DNA from: an uncultured bacterium
GTDB lineage: Bacteria > Planctomycetota > UBA1135 > GCA-002686595
NCBI GenBank assembly: GCA_943787795.1
Contig: CALSNU010000004.1
Span: 320,001-384,000 of the forward strand
Length of the DNA stretch: 64,000 nucleotides
Direction: 5' to 3'
The position numbers were made by a program, and so were the translations under genes. The notes under the pieces were generated by a model. It made no database searches. It was given only the letters and a program-made list of their open reading frames with translations, and was not told the DNA's origin. This document shows positions 58,592-64,000 of the stretch, piece by piece; position 1 is the first letter of the stretch; every line of letters starts with the position of its first letter.

Positions 58592-58756
58592 CTCGCCGCG
58601 ACCCAGCCAGGAAGGCTCGCCCGCCCAGCGGCCGAACCGGTGGCCCGCCCAGCGGCTGATCCAGCGACTGATCCAGCCCCTGGATCGGCGACTGACCCGC
58701 TCACCTGTGCAAGAGCCGCCCCTTGGCGCTCCTGATCCTCCAACCGCGAGTTCATC

Positions 58757-59902
58757 TCATCGCCTCCCGCTCGAGCGCTCGATGAAGTCGATTCCCTCGC
58801 GTGCGATAGCCGCGGCCTCGCTCTGTGGCTCGAGATCGATGACGTCGAGGAAGTGCTGGTAGGCGGACGTGGGGCGCTCGAGGTTGCGGAGCTGCACGAG
58901 CCCAGCGCCGAGGTGTGCGTCGGCCGCCAGGACGCCGCTCGGGTGGCTCGCGAGCACTCGCCTGAAGGCCGAGAGCGCGGCGCGCGCATTGCCCTCCTCG
59001 GAGAGCCATCGACCGAGGACCAGCACCTCTCGCGGCGACTCTCGGTCGAGGATGTGGTCCGACGTCGCGAAGTAGGTGTCTGCTGCGTCACTCAACCGAC
59101 CTGAGGCGACGAGGTCCGCGAACGACGGTCGCCGCGCCGCCGCGGGCCGGTGCCCCCTCGCCTCTCGGAACTCCCGCGGACGCGACTCGCGCTCCCGGCG
59201 GTCAACGAGGAACGCGGCGCCGAGCCCCGCGAAGAACCCGCCGATGTGGGCCCCGTACGCCACCCCGGACGGGCCGGCGTTTCCCTGCGCCAGCGCCGGG
59301 AGGATGTTGCTCAGGATGATGTAGCCCCCGAGCACCACCCTGGCCGGAACCCGAATCACCTGGATGAAGACGAAGAAGAGCACGAAGACGTTCACCACGT
59401 TCCTCGGGAAGAGGAGGAAGTAGAACCCCATCACCCCGGAGATCGCACCGCTGGCCCCGACGAGCGGGATGTCTGATCCGCGTGACATCGCCGCGAAGAA
59501 CAGCGTCGCCGCGGCGCCGGTCCCCAGGTAGGCCGCCAGGTAACCGAGGCGACCGAGCCGGTGCTCGACGTTGTCGCCGAAGATCCACAGGAACAACATG
59601 TTCCCCGCGAGGTGGAGCAGGCCGCCATGCAAGAACATGGAGGTGAAGAGGGTCAAGAGCGACGCGTGCGCCGGCCTGAACCCGTACTCGAAGACGAGCA
59701 CGTCGTAGTTGGACAGCCCCGGCGCGAGCACGCTGCGTCCAGCCTCCCGCATGTACTCCTGGACGAGCGGGTGCGAGGGGTCTGCCGCGCCGTGGAGCGC
59801 CGCCGTCGCGAGGAGATAGACCGCCACGTTGAGCCCGATCAGGGCCCAGGTGACCAGGGGCCGACCGGGCGGGTTAGGCGCGTCGCTGATGGGCAGGAAC
59901 AA
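58757..59902 (-). CDS. Rhomboid intramembrane protease with C-terminal TPR-like domain
   Basis: SMFLHGGLLHLAGNMLFLWIFGDNVE, GASGA, AHIGG. Confidence 0.95.
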   Translation of the reverse strand: MFLPISDAPNPPGRPLVTWALIGLNVAVYLLATAALHGAADPSHPLVQEYMREAGRSVLAPGLSNYDVLVFEYGFRPAHASLLTLFTSMFLHGGLLHLAGNMLFLWIFGDNVEHRLGRLGYLAAYLGTGAAATLFFAAMSRGSDIPLVGASGAISGVMGFYFLLFPRNVVNVFVLFFVFIQVIRVPARVVLGGYIILSNILPALAQGNAGPSGVAYGAHIGGFFAGLGAAFLVDRRERESRPREFREARGHRPAAARRPSFADLVASGRLSDAADTYFATSDHILDRESPREVLVLGRWLSEEGNARAALSAFRRVLASHPSGVLAADAHLGAGLVQLRNLERPTSAYQHFLDVIDLEPQSEAAAIAREGIDFIERSSGRR

Positions 59903-60099
59903 TGGTCTCTCCAGGCTCTGGTGCGCCGCTGTTGCGCCGCATGAGCCGCGCGATCATAGGGCCCTGACACCCGCCTGCAGAGCCCCTCCGTCCCACCAAT
60001 GGAGCGGCCCCGCTCCGCCAGGTGGCGCGAGCGGGGCCGCGGGTCCAGGGGGGAGCATCCCACCTGGAGGCCAGGGTCCTCCATCGAGGACCCCTTGGC

Positions 60100-62625
60100 T
60101 CAGGGGCAGAAGGTGACGCTGAGACCGTCCGTCAGGTTGAACAGCGCGCCGCCGCCAGCGAGGTCGCGGTACAAGAACTGGAAGTTCCAGGTCTCGCCCA
60201 CCGCGACCTGTCCGCTCGGGTTGGGCGGCGCCGTGTTGTCGAAGGGGAAGACCGCAGTCCCGAAGAAGTCCGCCGAGGCGACCCCCAGTCGGATCACCGA
60301 ACCAAGGCAGAGCGTCCCGTTGCCGACCGGCGCGGTGGCACGGTCCGGCGCGTACGCGAAGATGCCAATCGTCCCACCGGGGCAGCCGGACGCCACGAGG
60401 AGGAGATCGTTCGCGCCAATGCTCGCGCTACCGCCGGGGAACATGACCGCGGAGAGGCCGGACGAGTTTGGAGACGAGGTGCAGTAGGACTGGAATCCGC
60501 AGTTCGCGGGGCACAGCTCGAAGACCTCGAGGTCGTCCACCGCGGCCTCGACGATCGAGCCGCTCCCCAGATCCGCCGCGATGAAACGCAGGGTCACCGA
60601 GCCCGTCGTAGGGACGAGGTCGCTGACGCGGAACGTCGTCCGCGCCCACCCGCCGGCCTCGGCTGCCGGTCCGAGGGTCTCGACGTTCACCCAGGTGGAG
60701 CCGCCGTCCGCCGAGACGTCCACCGTGAAGACGTCGTCGGTGTTGGAGCCCGCCGAGTTGTTGTACGAGCGCCAGTAGCCGATGTAGGGGTCGGCTGAGG
60801 TCGACACATCGATGGCCGGAGACAGCAGCGTGGTGAAGCCGCCGTCCACGTCATTCTCGCCCAGCGAGCCGCCGGGGCTTCCCTGCCCCGTGACGAAGCA
60901 GAGCGAGCCGCCGAGGGTGTGGTCGTCCTCGGGCTGCGCCGCCGTGCCAATCGGATCCACGAGCACCCACACACCGGTGGTCGCCGTGTCGCCCGCGAGG
61001 CCCGCGGTCCAGCCGCTGGTCGCCTCGAGGTCATCGGTGAAGACGATGTTCCGCTCGATGGCCTGGGCGGAGTACGCCGCGGCGGCTCCCGATGCCGGGG
61101 CCAGCGCGGTGCTGCCGCTCACGAGGGGGAACTCGAAGTAGTAGTCGATCTGCGACGGGCAAGCCGCCGCGGGGAAGGTGGCCCGGAAGGTGTCGTTCCC
61201 GATGAAGGGGAGCGGCTCCGAGACGAAGCCCGCACCGGTGTCGAACCAGACGAGGGCGGCGGCGGTGTCCGCCGCGTCGGTCCCGGGGGTGACGATCACG
61301 TCCAGGATATCTCCCCCAGCCGGGCTGACCTCATCCGGACGCGCCACGGGGAAGGAGATCCCCACCGACGTCGCCGGCGTCATCTGCATCGCGATGTCCG
61401 AGTTGATCCGGCCGAAGCCGAAGTTGTCGTCGACGCCAGCGGCGCCGAGGTCGTCGCAGGACATGCGGAGCACGTCCTCCACCTGCTGCGGGGTCAGGCT
61501 CGGGTTCTTCGACCAGATCAGCGCGCAGAGCCCGGCCGTCATGGGGCAAGCGAAGCTCGTGCCGCTCACGTTGCTGTAGCCGCCGCTGTCATTGGTGGTC
61601 CGGACGCCCTGACCGGGCGCGGTGAGGTCCACGAACGAACCGCGGTTCGAGAAGGAGGCGAGCGCATCCGAGGAGGTCGTGGCGCCGACGACGATCACGT
61701 CGTCATCCCGGCTCCCTGAGAGGACGTCCGATGAGTTGCCTGCCGCCCAGACGAGGAGGGCGCCGAGGCCGCGGACGTAGGTGCCGGTCGAGTTCACCGA
61801 GCCGGACTGAACGCCGCTGTAGCTCACGCTGGCCACCTTGTCGCCGACCTCCGCAGCGGAGCGAGCCGCGCGGGTGAGGTTAGAGAGTGACGCGCCGCCG
61901 TTCGTGGAGTCGGTCACCCGCATGGTGCGGTGCCCGAGGTTCCAACCGACACCGGAGACCCCGATACCGTTGTCACCGTTGGCGGCGGAGGTGCCCACGC
62001 ACAGCGTGCCGTGGCCGTTGATGTCCTCGATCGGACCGCCCTGGCTCTCCCAGGTGTCCGAGGGCGCGTGGTAGCCCTCCTGACGGTGCAGCTGCAGGTC
62101 CGCGTGCGACAGCAGGATGCCCGTATCGCAGATCGCGACGACGATCGAGGGATCGCCGGTCTCTTGGTCCCAGGCCGCGCAGGAGGCCATGCGGTTCGCC
62201 TGGTGATGCCACTGCTGATTGAACTGACTGTCGTCAGGGCAAGCGATCGGATAGACGGTCCAGTCCGGCTCGACGTACTGGAACGCGCCGGTCACGAGCA
62301 GGTCGTTCGCGACGCTGGTCTCGGTGGCACCCGAGGGGACGAAGAACAGGTACTCGTCGGTCGCCCCCACGTACTCCTTCAGCTCGAAGGACTCCAGCGC
62401 CCGACGAGCGAGCTCCTGGAGGCGGCGCGCCTCTTCCGGGGTCTGACCACGCTCAGCGGCGTTCGAGACCTGAAGCGGCCGGGCGCACATGACGCCCGAA
62501 AACTCAAGCTGCCCCTCGACCTCCTCGAATTCCACGAACGTGGTGGGGCTCGAGAGCTCCTGGGCGTGGGCGAGCGGCGCTGCCAGAAGAAGGGCAGCGG
62601 GAATCAAGCGCGGGAGACGTGTCAT
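60100..62625 (-). CDS. Secreted S8 subtilase with carbohydrate-binding-like and C-terminal Cys-containing modules
   Basis: Triad VAICDTG, NGHGT, SGTSFACP; WAAGN; signal peptide ending AHA. Confidence 0.93.
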   Translation of the reverse strand: MTRLPRLIPAALLLAAPLAHAQELSSPTTFVEFEEVEGQLEFSGVMCARPLQVSNAAERGQTPEEARRLQELARRALESFELKEYVGATDEYLFFVPSGATETSVANDLLVTGAFQYVEPDWTVYPIACPDDSQFNQQWHHQANRMASCAAWDQETGDPSIVVAICDTGILLSHADLQLHRQEGYHAPSDTWESQGGPIEDINGHGTLCVGTSAANGDNGIGVSGVGWNLGHRTMRVTDSTNGGASLSNLTRAARSAAEVGDKVASVSYSGVQSGSVNSTGTYVRGLGALLVWAAGNSSDVLSGSRDDDVIVVGATTSSDALASFSNRGSFVDLTAPGQGVRTTNDSGGYSNVSGTSFACPMTAGLCALIWSKNPSLTPQQVEDVLRMSCDDLGAAGVDDNFGFGRINSDIAMQMTPATSVGISFPVARPDEVSPAGGDILDVIVTPGTDAADTAAALVWFDTGAGFVSEPLPFIGNDTFRATFPAAACPSQIDYYFEFPLVSGSTALAPASGAAAAYSAQAIERNIVFTDDLEATSGWTAGLAGDTATTGVWVLVDPIGTAAQPEDDHTLGGSLCFVTGQGSPGGSLGENDVDGGFTTLLSPAIDVSTSADPYIGYWRSYNNSAGSNTDDVFTVDVSADGGSTWVNVETLGPAAEAGGWARTTFRVSDLVPTTGSVTLRFIAADLGSGSIVEAAVDDLEVFELCPANCGFQSYCTSSPNSSGLSAVMFPGGSASIGANDLLLVASGCPGGTIGIFAYAPDRATAPVGNGTLCLGSVIRLGVASADFFGTAVFPFDNTAPPNPSGQVAVGETWNFQFLYRDLAGGGALFNLTDGLSVTFCP

Positions 62626-62725
62626 CGAGTTGGGGGTTGGGGGATCGTGAGGGGCCATGGGAGGGACGGCCCGCGTCCAAAAGATGTTCCAGCAGTCCTC
62701 GAACCGCGTCGAACGAAAATGTGTC

Positions 62726-64000
62726 TCAGTTCCTGACCAGCACCACGTCGTCCACAAAGAGGACCTGGCCGCCAGAGGCGGTGGCCGTGAGGCGGAGCGT
62801 CTGAGCTCCGGCGGGAATGGACAGGCTGGCCCGCACGCACGCATAGGCCGAGGTTGCCGCCACGGGCACTGTGGTGGCGGCCAGGACCGCCTGGGTCGCG
62901 TCCAGGGCCTCTACGGAGAGGCTGGACGCCCCGCTCCCGCTGGCTCGGAGGAGGGCGTTCAGCTCGCAGCTGGTGGCCCCAGAGACCCCAGTGATCGCCC
63001 AAAGGGATGAGTCATCGAGCCGCACCGCGGGCGCCGCGACGCCTCCCGCCGACACAAGCTCGGCGAGCCCGGTGGACTGCCACCCGGTGAGTCCCTCATC
63101 GAAGGAACCGTTCTCCAGCCCGTTCGGGTCGGCCAACTCGACTGCCGCCACGCCGTCGATGACCTCGAGGGTGTCGAGCTCCGGCGAGCCGCCCCGCCGC
63201 CCGGCACCGGAGGCCACGTAGATGCGGCCATCAACGGCTCCGATGCCGCCGCTGTGCCGCCCGTCCACGAGCGGCGGCAAGGTCGTCCACCGTTCGGCGA
63301 TGACGTCCAAGGCCTCACACTCGTCGTGCGCGTCCAGCTGCGAGGTGCTCTCTCCCCCGATGACCACCGCGAAGCGACCCACCGACGTCGCCAGGGCGCC
63401 GGCCCTCGGGGTCGGAAGGTCGCGGGCAATGGTCGACCACTGCCCGGAGCTGAAGTCGTAGACATCAACCGCGCCGATCGTGTTCGCAAAGGGGTTGGGC
63501 TGCGTGGTCGTACGGCCGCCAGCCGCGACGAGGCGATTCCCGATCACGACGGTGCTGAAGTGGTCGCGGGCCCGCGGCGCGTCGGGGAGCACCTGCCACG
63601 ACTGGGTCGCGGGGTCGTACTCATCGAACCAGGCGCGCGCGCCGCCGTTGTGCCCTTGGTTGTTGCCTCCGAGGAGGTAGATCTTCCCGTCGCGCACGAA
63701 CACGCCGTTCGCGCCGCGGCGACGCGCAGCGGGGATCAGCGGCCCCTGCGTCCACTGATCTGTGGAGGGGTCCCAGGTCCAGATGTTGGGGACGCTCGTC
63801 TCATTCGGATAGGACCCGGTGAATGCGCCGACGACATAGACCAGCCCACCGAGGACGACCGGCTGGAAGTGGTTGATCTCGAACGGCGGGAGCCCCATGG
63901 AGGTCCACTCGCCCGTGGTCGTGTCGAAGGACTCGGTCGGGCGATTGCCCCGCCCCCCCATCAGGTAGAGCCTGCCGTTGACCGTGACCATCGCCGATTC
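62726..64000 (-). CDS. Kelch-repeat protein with C-terminal CBM-like domain, 5' end outside the window
   Basis: Six Kelch blades (e.g. GRLYLMGG, GKIYLLGG, YDPATQSW); LENGSFDEGLTGW. Confidence 0.9.
   Translation of the reverse strand, partial: ESAMVTVNGRLYLMGGRGNRPTESFDTTTGEWTSMGLPPFEINHFQPVVLGGLVYVVGAFTGSYPNETSVPNIWTWDPSTDQWTQGPLIPAARRRGANGVFVRDGKIYLLGGNNQGHNGGARAWFDEYDPATQSWQVLPDAPRARDHFSTVVIGNRLVAAGGRTTTQPNPFANTIGAVDVYDFSSGQWSTIARDLPTPRAGALATSVGRFAVVIGGESTSQLDAHDECEALDVIAERWTTLPPLVDGRHSGGIGAVDGRIYVASGAGRRGGSPELDTLEVIDGVAAVELADPNGLENGSFDEGLTGWQSTGLAELVSAGGVAAPAVRLDDSSLWAITGVSGATSCELNALLRASGSGASSLSVEALDATQAVLAATTVPVAATSAYACVRASLSIPAGAQTLRLTATASGGQVLFVDDVVLVRN

Overview
High-GC bacterial chromosome segment, mostly core and envelope genes. 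Secreted-protein architecture (ASPIC/UnbV FG-GAP protein, subtilase with a Cys-containing C-terminal module, W/Y-rich TPR protein) suggests Planctomycetota; this is inference only. Contents: RNase P RNA, a minus-strand redox cluster, hpt-rluD-truD-mtnP-M28, ctaA-ctaB-SCO/DUF420, ygfZ, ldh, galK, an MBOAT/SGNH pair, an LPS cluster (GT9, lptFG, kinase, acyltransferase) and a cobalamin riboswitch-controlled BtuCDF-type operon. No CRISPR, tRNA, rRNA or mobile element was seen. Best findings: (1) a probable selenoprotein that the ORF track splits in two, an AhpD/CMD gene with in-frame UGA in CHYU-xxx-H and a SECIS-like hairpin, upstream of a 2-Cys GPx; (2) a B12 operon with a translationally coupled leader ORF and a secreted non-BtuB protein; (3) a candidate shared C-terminal sorting domain; (4) a small Sm/Hfq-like protein; (5) three apparent pseudoenzymes; (6) many unrelated 12-20 nt tandem duplications. 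All calls come from motif recognition by eye; no searches were run.
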